DNA of 64,000 nucleotides from Tubulanus polymorphus (taxonomy: Eukaryota; Animalia; Nemertea): positions 7,968,485 through 8,032,484 of the forward strand of contig NC_134027.1 in the NCBI RefSeq assembly GCF_964204645.1, in the 5' to 3' direction. A program made the translations under genes and the position numbers. How positions within the stretch are numbered: the stretch's first letter is position 1; every line of letters begins with the position of its first letter. The notes under the pieces are model-generated. The model did no database searches. It was not told where the DNA came from and was given only the letters and a program-made list of their open reading frames with translations. Positions 38,659-51,729 of this stretch are shown here, one piece after another.

Positions 38659-40149
38659 ATGGTTTACGTGTCATCAGGAGGTAATTAAGTCACTTTTAAA
38701 GACGATTTTAAGACGATCATTCTAAATCAAGTGTTATATAAAAATTCGTTTATAAATCTAAAAGTTCGCCTTGAGGTATATTCACTCTTTTCGCTCAAAG
38801 GTCTGTAGATATGCCATTTTTAAGCCTATATTTTTACTTCCGGGCTCCCTGGGTATTGCGCAATACAATTTTAGACGAAAAAATCATATCTCGCTCATTC
38901 TAAGCATGTTTGCATACAGATCCTATTGTGCAATACAATTTTAGACGAAAAAATCATATCTCGCTCATTCTAAGCATGGTGGTTTGTATAGAGATCCTAT
39001 GTTATCAGTTTAAAGGTGATCGCTGGCTCTAAAAATCATTGTTTCAATGGTGCCTACTTGAGAAAAGGATGATTCAGCATATTTGAATCATACAGTAGCC
39101 TAGTTAGTTACCAAATCGTTACTGGTAAGCTTTTTATAATCGGATGGGCTTATGTGGTTTGTGAAAATATCCGATCGTGAAACTTAACCACAGTTAGGTT
39201 ACTGACTAAAACAGTAGCCTACATACATAATACATAGTAGTCTAAAATCATCAAAAATATTATTAAAAAACACGTTTTCAAAGTCAACAAGGTAACTAAT
39301 TTATTTATTTTAGTACAAAGATTTGATTTGAAACTAAAATCAGTTGTTGCATTGCAATTAATACGTAAGCGTCAGACGTTGTAGGGAACCGGTAACAACG
39401 ACCAGTATTCAGACTACATACATATGTACTTGTTATTTTTTAGGACAAGTATCCGAGTCTCGGTCACCATGGAGGCTCTCGATAGTTACAGAACTATTCT
39501 GGGGATGTATTAATTTTGTTCTCTTATTGTGAGTATTAGGTTGCAAAATACCATCTCGTTATTTAATTGCCAATAAATTTCTTTTTTGTTATATAGGCCT
39601 ATAGCGCACTCACCACATTGTTGTTGTCAGTGGCATGCACGTTTAATTAAAATCAGAAAAACATAAGACTATATAATTATCTAAAATTCAATTTGTTTCT
39701 ATTTTTCAGCTTTCAAACTATGATTTCGGTAAGTGAAATTAAGAATTTAAAAAAAATAAAACGTTAACTAAAGTGTTTTCTAAATAAAAAACTATATTTG
39801 ATTTCATTTCAGCCTAGCAAAACTCGTAATGGCGATGCTAGCAGCACAGATTATCGACGACCTGGAGGTGGAGGGTAAATTTATTATAATATTTAGATTG
39901 AGAAAAGACTTAGATTCAAGAAAATGGGTGGCTCATTTAAAGATTTGTCACCGTAATATCATTTCAGACCGCCAGGTGGTCCGCGGCGAAGATTTGGTGG
40001 TGTACGACACTTCGATGGTAGGTAGTTAATTAAGGATATTTAAGTACTACGTAAGAATAACCTGTTATTTTTAAAGATACAATATTTTTTCTTCATTTAC
40101 AGATGGACCATCTGCTCCACCAATGGCTGGAGGTGGATGAGGTCGGTAA
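38659..40149 (+). CDS. SELENOK: Selenoprotein K (94 aa, Sec at codon 92, TGA 40138-40140), 6 small exons
   Basis: Exons 38659-38680, 39444-39528, 39710-39728, 39813-39874, 39968-40017, 40103-40149 give MVYVSSGGQVSESRSPWRLSIVTELFWGCINFVLLFFQTMISPSKTRNGDASSTDYRRPGGGGPPGGPRRRFGGVRHFDDGPSAPPMAGGGUGR*. This matches SelK hallmarks (MVYIS.G, SPWRLS, FWG, PPMAGGUGR). Confidence 0.96.
38854..39000. repeat. Direct tandem duplication of ~70 bp in SELENOK intron 1
   Basis: tattg(c/t)gcaatacaattttagacgaaaaaatcatatctcgctcattctaagcatg...agatcc occurs twice. Confidence 0.9.
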
Positions 40150-40446
40150 ACGCTCACTCTCCGGCTGGTAAGAGTGAGCGTGCGATGAAATGCCATCTGT
40201 GTGACTGTATTGATTACAACACCTACCAACTTTAATCAAGCTCGTCGACTGCGTGCTAGAAATTAATGGTCGAAAAGTTAATATTTGCTGCTTTATTCCC
40301 TGTGATGAATATTAATATTTTTCCTCTACTCAATGATGGTTGATATATCATCAGTGTAGAATGAACAGACATCGTAGTCATCAATATCTCCAGTAGATGG
40401 CATTTTCAATAGATCGTTCAAGTGTAAAGTATATACCATACTTTTT

Positions 40447-40495
40447 ATGACGTGTTGGTGGAAATTTCTTTTATTTAGAAGCCACCAATACTGAA
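40447..40495 (+). promoter_or_regulatory. Form-2 SECIS element in the SELENOK 3' UTR
   Basis: ATGAC, helix GTGTTGGTGG (40452-61), AAA, mini-stem TTTCT/AGAAG around a 7-nt loop, CCACCAATAC (40482-91), TGAA. This gives the canonical non-Watson-Crick quartet, a 10-bp helix 2 and apical adenosines. Confidence 0.92.
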
Positions 40496-41277
40496 AACTA
40501 CTTGGATGATGTATTATTGACATCAACAAATATTGAATTATCAAAAATGTTTAACATTTGAAAAATAATGGTTGTTCATTAGATAGTTCTAAAGGGTTGC
40601 ATGAACGTTTAATAATATTTTCTTGATACTTGGGAAATATATTTGTTACAAAAAATGCAGGTTGTACATATTTCTTTTCCGAAAATCACTTTTGAAATTT
40701 TGTAATGGTAGAACGAAAATTGTTCATCTTTTATCACTTCATTAATCGTACAAAAAGCTGTCCCGTGTAATACGGATTAACCTACGTTGAGTATAATCCG
40801 TTGGAAAATTGTAAATTTGTGTCCTGGACTATGTGTTCACGCGTGTAAATAAACTATTTTAATTTATTGAAAATATTATAATTTGTTGAGATTATTCATA
40901 CTACCCGGGTAGTTTTATCAATGAGTTCACAATATTACAACAAACCCTACCTTACTGAGGACAGGCTTTGTCAATGGGAATGACATGAATCTTAAAAAGA
41001 TTCCCTTGACTTGAGCAAACTTCACATACATCTACTGAATTATATTGTATTATAGAAATTCTAGAATTTTCTGGGAGAGGACCCTACACACCTTGTGGTC
41101 CTGTAACGCTGGATCTGCCCCTGGATAAAAAGATTTCCTCGGACTTGAGCTAACTTCACATACATCTACTGCGTAATACACCGACAACATACGATCATGA
41201 TGGAAATACTATATCCAAGTATTTGCGAAAAGTGTTACGAATGAAATCCATAAATTCGTATAATATCATTAAATTAT

Positions 41278-43612
41278 TCAAGTTACAATATTAATCGCAG
41301 GGTCTGCAGTGTCCACCTGCTTATTTACAGGTTTGAATATATGCGGCGGAGTCCATTTTATTTCTGGTATTGATAGTCCTAGAGCTTGAGCTGTACAACG
41401 GAAAATGCCAGGAGGTTCGGCTTCAATGATCCGTTGTGGATAATGACGTCCGGGCATTTTTAGTCGAGGAAGAATCTGTTGCTGTAAATGCACATGTAAC
41501 GGTACATCTGATTGCAGATCCGGGCGAACTTTCAAACGACTTAAAACTTGTTTTGGCAATTCCTGAAAACGTTAATGAAATAGCAGTTATTAAAGACATA
41601 CCAAAAACAATCTACCAACTTGAAGCAGGTTTTCACAATTGACCAACAGAAAAATAAAGCACAGTAAATACCGAGAAAAACATGATAAGCCTAACTATAC
41701 ATACTTGTGTTTCGGGAGGTGACTTTTGGTAGGATTTCATCACTGGTTCACCTAATACTGTAGTTACACGTGGTGCATATTTGTGGTCACCTAGAATACA
41801 GGTTAACCGTGAAGACATGTATGCCTCTAACACATCCCAGTGAACTGTAAAAATAATGAAAGTCAAATGTCAGTTTGTCAATTTATCTTCCAGTTTCCTG
41901 TTTAGAATGGCAGATGTAAAGTACCCAATGCTGTAATAATTTACAGGGGCAGATCAGTGTTACAGGACCACAAGGTGTGTAGGGTCCTCTCCCAGAAAAT
42001 TCTAGAATTTCATCACTCCGTGGGGACGTTTAATTTAATTTTCCAAAATACTGAGAAAATAAATCTGATTTGGCATTTGTTGTCGCAAAAAGAATTGTTC
42101 TTGAAAGATACACAAATACCATTCAAGCGGTAACAGCAGTGCCTGATAGATATACTCACATGCAGTAGTTTGAATTTCGATAAGAGCACAGCCAGATTCA
42201 TCATTCGAGCTCAAAGTTTTCATGTTAATGAATGGACGAATTCCACCCCCGATCTTCAAGACTTGCTTCGATACATTATCTAAGACAACAGACTGTAATT
42301 ACAAAGAGTCTATTTGAGTTCGATATTATTCAAGTGTATTGGGAATATACATATCTTACTTTAATAATGACTTACAACAACATGGTCCTCAACTTCAGCT
42401 CTTCTAACACCAACACGTTCCTCTATAGCAGATGGAATCGGAATTCCTACTGTGATAACCCTAGGAATTGCGTTTTAACAAAAAATGTTGAATATTTTAC
42501 CCGTAGAATACAGCATTAATTCACAAATAGCTAAACATAACTGAAAAAGCCTTACCAAAATTTATAAACAAACAATTTCTGTGCTTTGATCGAAATGCTG
42601 TAGAAGTTGCGTAGTCTTTTGTACACATCTGGTGATTTCGCAAGTAACACCACACCACTATATGGACTGAAACGAAAAAAATAAACTAGCTTAAATGCTT
42701 ATAGAGGCATACTTTGATTGGAGCGCTAAGAAATGAAAAGGGCATACAGTTAAAAAGGGCAAGTATCCAGGCAGCCAAAACAAGGGAATGAAAATTTCAG
42801 TTCATTTTCATACAATTCCCTCCAGGGACATCTAAAAGAATATAAGCTCCATCTTGCGCTGTGGACTGCTGTCTTATTAGTTTCAGGAGCATGTGCTCCT
42901 TGTGCTCCCATCTGGATCCGCCCCTGCTTAGCATTTGCAGCTTAGATGTCTGACGATAATAAGTAATTACTGTATACCGGTACCTGTTTAAATTGACCGG
43001 GATTTCAAGATATTCCAGACCGAACATCTCCTTAACTCCCGGTAAAGTATCATTTAAAGAAAACGAGAACTCTGCAGCATTGTAATATCTCACAACTTCA
43101 TTCTTCGGCTCTATAGAAATAACAAATAAGTACCAATATCATATCTAGGCATAGTTAAAAAATTTCAATCATACATCATCAGTTGGAAAATGAGGAAATA
43201 ACTGAACACAGTACATACTGAAACAAGATAAACCAGCAGGTTTCTTCAAAGCAAGTACATTTTCTGAAAGATGAAACAAAAATGGAGATAAACCCAATCA
43301 TAATAGTTAGCATAGCACGTGGATTACTACAGTACAGCCTAGAAGTAACTTAACTTCAGTATTGTTTAATATGTGATGAACGCTTCCATTTAATTGCTCT
43401 ATTGCTGTTGACTTACTGTTATTAAAAACAACCAGATTATGGATATCCTTCACAAATTCATTAATTCCTCTATACTGTGGCGATGCGAACAACCAATGAT
43501 CTTTCACTCGACCCTTAGATGGCTCAGGATTGACATTTTCTTCAGCAATTCCTGAAGTATGGCATCTTCTTGAAGCAGCTATCCGAAAGAACTTCGGAAC
43601 TCTCTTCAGCAT
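41278..43612 (-). CDS. Mitochondrial RluA-family pseudouridine synthase-like protein, RPUSD3-like (catalytic Asp absent), 8 exons
   Basis: Exons 43612-43417, 43263-43219, 43110-42984, 42666-42556, 42460-42376, 42292-42160, 41844-41705, 41562-41278. Arg-rich presequence, VLALKKPAGL, SGVVLLAK, ITVGIP, CILGDHKYAPRV..VLG, PLHVHLQQ..LP, I.AEPP..F. Confidence 0.85.
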
Positions 43613-45832
43613 TTCCTATGAATTATAGGCCCTATAATAGAACGGTTATACTAGAGCAAGGCGTATTTTGTGTTGGTCTGATGAAAAAGGGACACAATTG
43701 CCATTGCAAGCAAGTCAAGTGGGGCCGTAGCTGTCAGTGGCTACGCGATTGTCAGCAACGGTATGCAACTTGTCTCTGTCAGTTGCAAGAGTAGCATAGG
43801 TTGGTTGCAACTGCTGGGATGGGAGAGACGGTCGCATCGCAGAAACTTGTTACATCAACATGTAGGCAGGGAGTTCATCCAGTCCTGGCAGTGTGGCTGT
43901 TTCCACAGTGATCTGGCATCAGACCACAATTAGGTTAGTAGCTCGAAGATGCGTAGGGCCGGACCCCAAAAATAGTACCTAGAGTGAAGAAGAGGTCCCC
44001 CATAAATGTTGCCATAATTTCTGCAAATGGGATAGGTAACGAATTTCGGTTATATGTATGAAATCCATTGATCCTGAGAGACAGATTGATGATGAAATAA
44101 GGGATTCCCTGGACTTTTTTTGCTTGGAGTAAGGGTACCAAACACGGTGGGGGATTCCCTTAGATATTTGGCTCGGATGTACTGGCATACCTGTACTGGG
44201 ATACCCCTCCTTTCTAAAGGTTTGATTATTTCAAAAGTTAGGTTGGGTATGTGGGGCGAAAACCACTTCAATGCGTAGCTAAGATGCTGGCCTATGAGCC
44301 ATAAGCAGGATTTCCCCTGAATTTACGCGCTTATATATGAACTAAACTCTCGAATTTCTTGTTTTTACTATAGGATATAGAAGATTTTGGAATAGTGGTC
44401 TGAGCTCATCTACGTTGTCGTTGCTCTGCGATCCGAGGCATAGGGGCTTGTATTTGAAGTTTGGGTGTGAACTGTAGCTTAGATCATCCAGTATCCCTGG
44501 TACTATATATATATAAATAGTGATCCTAGTGTACCCAGCTGTGGTCCACCAGACACTAACTAAGCCTAGTAGTAAGGTTCTTGGAGCCAGGGTCAGGAAC
44601 AGACTACTAAAGTCGCAAGGCCAACAATCTACGCCTGGCTCAACAGAAAACAATCATACATTTACTTGCCAGAATTATGTTTTGTATGTTACCGGAAACT
44701 TACAAGCGATATTATTAGCAAAATCAAGATATTAGACGAGTTGAAATCACTGTAAAATCGTAAATCGTGTACACGGCATGACAGTCCTACGACCTTGGAC
44801 CTAATCTCGGAGATGCGCTCCTACTAAAAGCCGACCAGCGCCGACTAGCGCCGACCAGCGCCGACCAGCGCCCACTAGCGCCGACCAGCGCCGTCCAAGC
44901 GCCGACCAGCGCCGTCCAAGCCCCGATTTCCTAGACAATTCGTTAAAAATGTATGCTGCTGTCTAACCTATGACTACATGCAAAATTAGATTCAAATGGT
45001 TATATTTACTTGGATTGCATTGTGTTCGTGTTAATTTTTTACTGAGTTTTCATGTCCAAGACAATATTCGTTAAAATGTATTCTGCTGTCTGATGTACTT
45101 TTAGATTTATAATTTCATATGGCAAAATTAAATTGAAATTGGTATATTGATCAGGTTTATTTTTTCATGTTAAGCTTGCATTAAATATGACTGGGATTTC
45201 ATATACTATCGTTATTTGAAATAAAAGAAAATGCAAACAACTTAAAATCTTTCTTTCTTTTTCATGTATGTTTATGTGTATATCATACATCTCGTATGAT
45301 ATTTGCCTAATAGATTTTTACGCAAGACTACTCTCGTCACGTACACGCGCTAAAATTAATAAGGACGTTCATAACAGCTTTGATCATTGGTCCAGGGGAA
45401 GTAGCATGTGAACTGAAGTCAAGAACGCACTTCTCAATTAAATAAAAGAAAGGAATTACTGATGAAAGGAATAAAATAACTGTGATCATCCACTAATTAG
45501 ATGTGTGCAATCATTCGACACACGCAACTTTAAGATATAATTACTTAAACCGTTTGAATTTTACTGGGCTTGTCATCAAAAACCAATTTAGTAATTCTTT
45601 TGATCTGTTAAAACAATGACCCGTTGACCAATTGACTTTAAGATCAATGGACATAAAATAAACTTATAAATATATCAATTCCATTGACTAATTACATTGG
45701 TTTTTAATTAGTCATCCCTGAATTGTATATAAACTGGGCGAAAATGACAGGGGTCACAGTTCTTTTCGGACTATTCTCTGAGCAAGAGAGCGCTAACAGC
45801 ACACACGGGACGTTTAACGAAATTTTATTCCA

Positions 45833-46745
45833 ATGGCACCACTACGAAAAAGAAAAGGAAAGACAACTCTCCAATATCCTTGCAAAGGTTGGTACATGTA
45901 TTTATTGTACTTAAATATGTACTATCAAATCATTATTTGACTAATTAGATTTTATTTTTCTGCTGACTGATTCTCACATTGGAATAACAGATCACGTGGC
46001 GTCATAACGATCATTTAGATAAACTTTGAAATCTCAAACCGACTTTGTTAAGAAGGGAATTTCGGACAAAATGTTTCAAATTTCCGACTTTTTATATGGT
46101 ATCCTTTATTTCAAATTTTTGCTAACTTCTGAAATTCTCCATAACACTGTTTCTAAACCGAAATTTTTGATACCGAAATATGTTGATGACATTTTGTGTT
46201 TAGTTAATGAAAATGTTAAGATTCTTCAATCGACATCATCAATTCGTAATATCCTCCTTTCAAATTCATCATTGAATGAGAACAAAATCATCAAATTCCC
46301 TTTTCAAACGTTCTTTGATTCACAATTATGTTGACATTTTTTGGCTCACAATGTATAGTGGCTCACAATGTATAGTATTAACAAAGAATCTGGATTCTAT
46401 AGATTTTGTTGGTAATTGTTTTCGAAAGAATTTTGCATTGAAGAGTTTTTTATTGATTACCGTATGAATTTCATATTATTGATCATTCTATACATATATC
46501 ACTCATATTTACAGACTATCTTTCTTATCAATTCCAGTTTGTCTTCGAGAGTGTGACGAAGATGCGATAGAGTGCAACGCATGTCTATTGTGGATTCATA
46601 GAAAATGCGAGAAGCTGACTCTTACGGAATTCCAGCAAACACGGAAGGTATGCTGTTAGGTCTCTATTTATTATATTTCCATTTTACAAAATACCTTAGT
46701 AATAAAGAAAAAATGTAACGAATTATCCGATGGATATATGTAAGC

Positions 46746-46776
<31 letters not shown>

Positions 46777-49563
46777 GCTATATATAGACATGTATATATG
46801 TATGTGTATTGCATTTTTCAGATTTTGAACATGATGTTTCTCAGGATGAAAGCAATGTTCGCAGTAACTGTTCCTCGGATAACCTTCTTTTAGTTAATGG
46901 TAAGTGATAATATCAATATGATTGCGATCTTCTTTAATCAACGGAAATACAACGTATTTTTTAAACGTTTATTATCAATATTTGATCATTTTTTCAGGAC
47001 TGCCGGAACCTCCTAATGAAGAAACGCCAGACGAACAAAACCTCTCGGAGGACAATTCATCGGATAACTGTTCCTCGGATAACCTTCTTTCAGTTAATGG
47101 TTAGTGATAGTATCAAAATTATTGCTATTTTCTTTAATCAACGGAAATACAACGTTTTTTTTAAACGTTTATTATCAATATTCGATCATTTTTTCAGGAC
47201 TGCCGGAACCTCCTAATGAAGACCAAAAATTGAAAGACAATACGCCAGACGAACAAAACCTCTCGGAGGACAATTCATCAACGAAGACCAAGCCGAACTA
47301 CACCAAAGGTAAGCTTTTCTTAAATTCTTCTTCTTAATTCTATAGCATATATAAAACAACGCCGAATGATATCGTTCTTTTCTTATTAGAAATTTCAGAT
47401 TTTCTTGCTGAATCCGACGCTGAATCCGACAATGATTCTGCAATGCCTTACAACAGCACAGGTTAGTGTATACTTTATATACCGGTTTATCATTAGAATA
47501 GATGAATGGCTATATAATAATGAAAAACTTTTATATTTTAAAGGTATTTCACCGCCATCACCACCACAATTGAACGAGTCGATAATCGATGAAAAAATCG
47601 AAGCAATCACGTCGGATGGGTCACTCAAGGGGAGATTTTTAGACATTCCAGAATTAATCGCATTGATCAAAGAATCGAAGCCCAACAGAACCGACATCCC
47701 CATTGGTTCGAAAAACAATGCTGTTTTCGTTGTTGACAATTCGAAAAACATAACGCGCAGAAACGGTGGCAATATGAGCAAATATACTGACGACTGTGGT
47801 GTATGGGATAGAAAATTGTCATCAACAAAGAAAGTTTTACTTATGGTCGATGAACATGGAAATTATAAAGTATGTTTTCAATAAGATAAAATCAAACTGC
47901 TCCCCTTTAATCTAAACTTCTATTTGTATATGTAACTCAACATTTTAACATTTCAGATGATTGAATCAAAGAATGGATTATATGGTATCCAGAAGAAAAA
48001 GGAAGGATTTGTGCCGCTGGAAACGCAGCCATCTAAAGATTCCGTTTTAATTTTGCGTCGATTCTATACTACCCTAAAACGGAAAACGGATTACAAGAAA
48101 CGCGTGTCGTGGTTAGAAGAATTTCCGTCCACGTTCGATACTCACGTTAGAAATACGGCGATCGTTGAGTATCTAGGCGAAGCACCTCTGTTCGGTGTAA
48201 CGCACGGAAATACAAAAAAGGGGGTGGGGATTGATTATGTAAGGACAACTGACTCTGTAATGGAAAAGATTGCTGAAAAGTGCGTTACTCAGCCACCGCG
48301 CGATGTACATAATGAACTATGTTTGAACAGTTCGTTGCATGTTCCAAGAAACTTAAAGCAGGTTCAAAATGTTAATCATCGCGAAAAATCGAAAAATAAT
48401 AATGGACATAGGAAAAATGTCGCCGATGACATTCAACAACTGTTTAATATGCTTCATGAAAACGATTTTGTACGAGAAGTGTTCGCATTGAAAGGAAAAC
48501 CACCAATGGCTATTCTATATACAGACCAACAAATTAAAGACATTCGTACATTCTGTGTACAGTCTGGATCTATCCTTGGTGTTGACAGGACATTTAACGT
48601 TGGTGCGTGTTTTTTGACAATTACCGTTTTTAAGAATACACATTTACTTCGCCGGGAAACTCAGGAACACCCGATATTCATCGGCCCTCTGTTTTTACAT
48701 TGGGACGGGGAAACCGAAACCTATCAGCATTTCTTCGCACACATCAAAGGGAAGCTTGACTCGGAAGTCACAACGACTGAAATCGCCTACAGTGAATCTC
48801 TGACTTTCGGTTCTGATGAAGAAAAAGCGTTGCTTAAGGCGGTAAAAGAGGCATTCCCCTCCGCTAATCAAATATTGTGTTACCGGCATCTTATCGAAAA
48901 TGTAAAAAGACATTTGTTGCACAAAACTGGTGTCAACGATAAAGTTAAAGATAGAATAGTCGATGCGATATTCGGTAAAAGTGGAGCGCTGCATCAGGAT
49001 GACGAATTCAAATACGAACAAAAAATGATTGAAACAAAGGCAGACATAATGGAATCAGCACCAGAGTTTATAGCCTATTTCAACAAACTGGAACCGCGAC
49101 TAAAGCAGTATGTGTTCTTTCCGTCAGTCGTGAAAAAGGTCCATTCAATCGGTTGGACCAACAACAATTGCGAGACAATTAACAGTATCATAAAACTTTC
49201 AACCAAATGGAAGATATTAAAGATTCCGGACTTAATCGAGGAATTACATAAAATGGTGAAACTACAATATATCGATATTCGCAGAGCTATTCACAACCAA
49301 GGAAACTTCGAAATCGTATCAAAATTAAAAAGCTATACTGTCAGCCATGCCATTTGGACTCAAAAAACTGAAAACGATAAAAAAAAACTGAGAAATTCAT
49401 GAAAGCCACGATAAGGCCAACAAAACCAATTAATACAATGACATCAACAGATGGTCTGCTGACTATTCCTAAAACCGGAAATATTGCAAAAAAACCAGGT
49501 CAGAGGAAACGCGTAAAAAGTGAAAGAACGGCGAATCGGAAAATTCAAAAAGTCGAAAATTAA
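45833..49563 (+). pseudogene. Multi-exon MULE transposase with N-terminal PHD finger; apparently defective
   Basis: Exons 45833-45887 and 46538-46647 give YPCKVCLRECDEDAIECNACLLWIHRKCEKL (PHD without the last CxxC; phase clash with the next exon). Acidic exons 46822-47461 are followed by 47544-47869 and 47957 onward, with GVDRTFN (D), GSDEEKAL (D), CYRH, TNNNCETIN (E). A frameshift in the A-run near 49385 separates the STDGLLTIP...KKPGQRKR tail (stop 49563). Confidence 0.85.
46060..46330 (+). mobile_element. Decayed Penelope-like reverse transcriptase fragment inside a MULE intron
   Basis: KPKFLIPKYVDDILCLV followed (frameshifted, with stops) by NS*YPPFKFIIE*EQNHQIPFSNVL, resembling PLE RT YVDD...NSxHPxIKFTxExE...LPFLDV. 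Confidence 0.6.
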
Positions 49564-50173
49564 GGTTAGGTTAATAGAAATATCAGTGATATGTGTTAAC
49601 GTGTATAATTTCGCCGAGAAATAGTGAAATAGTCCTAATGTAAATTGTAAACTTGTAAATTTGTATATATTTTTGTAATTAATAATTCACTGAAAAAGTT
49701 AAAGTATTGCTATTGTAGCTCAACATGTTTTTGATGACAAAGTTCAAACTATCAGACTATCAACCGTTGTATATTTCAGATCTGAGAAATATAGTGAATA
49801 TAAGCCTGAATGTAAATTGTTAACATGTAAATTTGTATATTGGTATATTTCTGTTATTTAATTCAATGAAAAAAGTTAAATAAGTATTTCTTTGCAAATG
49901 TATTGTAGCTCTAAGTATCTTGTTTTTGACTTTTGATGCCGACACACTAGTTTAAACGATCAATCGAGTTAATCGTGTTAAATAGATAAAAGTAAAAAGA
50001 TAAAAATAAAAGTTATTATTTCAATTTAAGAATTTGTTATCCGTTTTGGTAAGCGTATCTGGTCGGCGCTTTTGATAGCTGGTCGGCGCTAGTCGGTGCT
50101 GGTCGGCGCTAGTCGGCGCTGGTCGGCGCTGGTCGGCTTTTAGTAGGAGCCCGGAGATGAGCTTCCTCCGAGA

Positions 50174-50335
50174 AACCCTCGCATGCCAGGGTAAGAATCA
50201 ATGAAACCCTCGCGTACCAGGGTAAGAATCATTGAAACTTCGCGGACCGGGAACCCTCGCATACCAGGGCAAAAATCAATGAAACCTCGGTGGGGTAGAA
50301 TCATTAAAAACCTCGCATACAGCGGAGAATCATGA
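50174..50335. repeat. ~30-bp degenerate tandem repeat (gaaaccctcgcataccagggtaagaatcaat)
   Basis: Five or so partial copies directly right of the MULE. Confidence 0.85.
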
Positions 50336-51729
50336 AAGAAACGGTTTGTTTAGGGTCAGTTTCACGAAAAGGACTTAATCGATTTTACGAGTTGATTATT
50401 TCGCGCTGGAACCCTGGATTTTGGATTAGTGACTGCCACGCGGGGGGTTCTTTTCCGATGAAGCCTATGCGTTTCACGGAACGAATGAGTATTTGGCTTA
50501 CAGTTAACACGTTAACAACAGTCTCAAGATTAAAGACCTTTGGACTAAAGCCACTGCGACTGGTCCCTGGATCCGCTCACAAAATATAAACTATCGGGAA
50601 TTTTCTACTTTTTTCCAACAATATTTCTTGAATTGTTTTCTGAAACTGGAAGAGCTGCAGCCCAGTTTAATAAAGCTTTACTCGATTTAAATGCAGTTAA
50701 TCTTAATTTAGTTTTGAGTAAATCATTTGGGAATCGAATATGTTATTTCATGCATAGGTTGAGAGGTTTGTTGTTTTGTGCGTAGGTTCTTTATTCACGG
50801 CTTCACGTTAGGATTGGGACTAGAGAGAATATGAATATTAGAAGATGTAAGATTACCTCTAGATGATCTACGTCCCTACTTCATTGGTTTCCACTTCCCA
50901 TAGCTACGTGTCCCCTCTCACGTAGAACATTTGAATGAAATAAAAAAGAACAGCCTCCAAGATTGATATGGAAAATTTCTGACATGCGACGCTCGAATCT
51001 GGAACATAATGACGTATGTGGTCATATGACGTGTGGTCATTGTGTCCACTAGTTTGGCCTAATCCGGCACAGGAAAATGGCGTTTTCCAACATGAAACAT
51101 GAACGAACGCAGAAAAATGCACCCTTTTCCAAACACAACCACCCTCCCTTCGTACCCCAGAAATCAGTATTTCAATATTCGGTAAGTGTTTATAACGTGG
51201 TTAAAATGGTGCCAATACATTTCACCTCATATATTGCTGGTAACTGATATCTGACCATGGGACCATTGCATTGTTGTGTTCTAATTTCTTCTGAAAGGAT
51301 TCTTAAACATGTGAATTAGTTTTGATTTCCGTGTGAATTCATTCTGTTTTTATGCTGCATCATTCTGGAAGTATCAAATGTTCTGTTTTCATTTGTAGAT
51401 GTAAAAAACCATTTCATATGGAATTGACATCAGAAACGGGTATAAACAGTGTAAGCTTATTTCATCTTTTGAATCTTCAATGGTTTCAGAAAACATATTA
51501 TTCATACTGTTCACGTTTCTTCATTATTTTCTCTTTTATATTTCCTCTTGAACTCCGAAGGCAAAACCTGAACCGTAGTAAGAAAAGCCCACTGAATAAA
51601 TGCACTACAGATTGGAGCGAACGATTTAATTAGTAAGTTTGAATTTTTAATTTGAGAATTCTGCAGTTTACTCTAAGGAAAGAAGACTATCTTAGATTTG
51701 GCTATTATAGGTATCACTTTACAATGGGA

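Larger units (their letters stand above)
44816..50151 (+). mobile_element. Mutator-like (MULE) DNA transposon, ~5.3 kb, TIRs built of 10-bp GCGCCGACCA repeats
   Basis: gctcctactaaaagccgaccagcgccgac... at the left and ...gtcggcgctggtcggcttttagtaggagc at the right. Flanking direct repeat CGGAGATG (44808-15, 50152-59). Internal transposase gene. Confidence 0.92.

Noticed and set aside
39829-40029. 66-aa ORF MAMLAAQII...
   Set aside because: Wrong-frame read across SELENOK exons 4-5 and their intron.
40185-40215. ATGA...TGAT stem near the SELENOK stop as a SECIS
   Set aside because: No apical adenosines and a poor helix; 40447-40495 fits far better.
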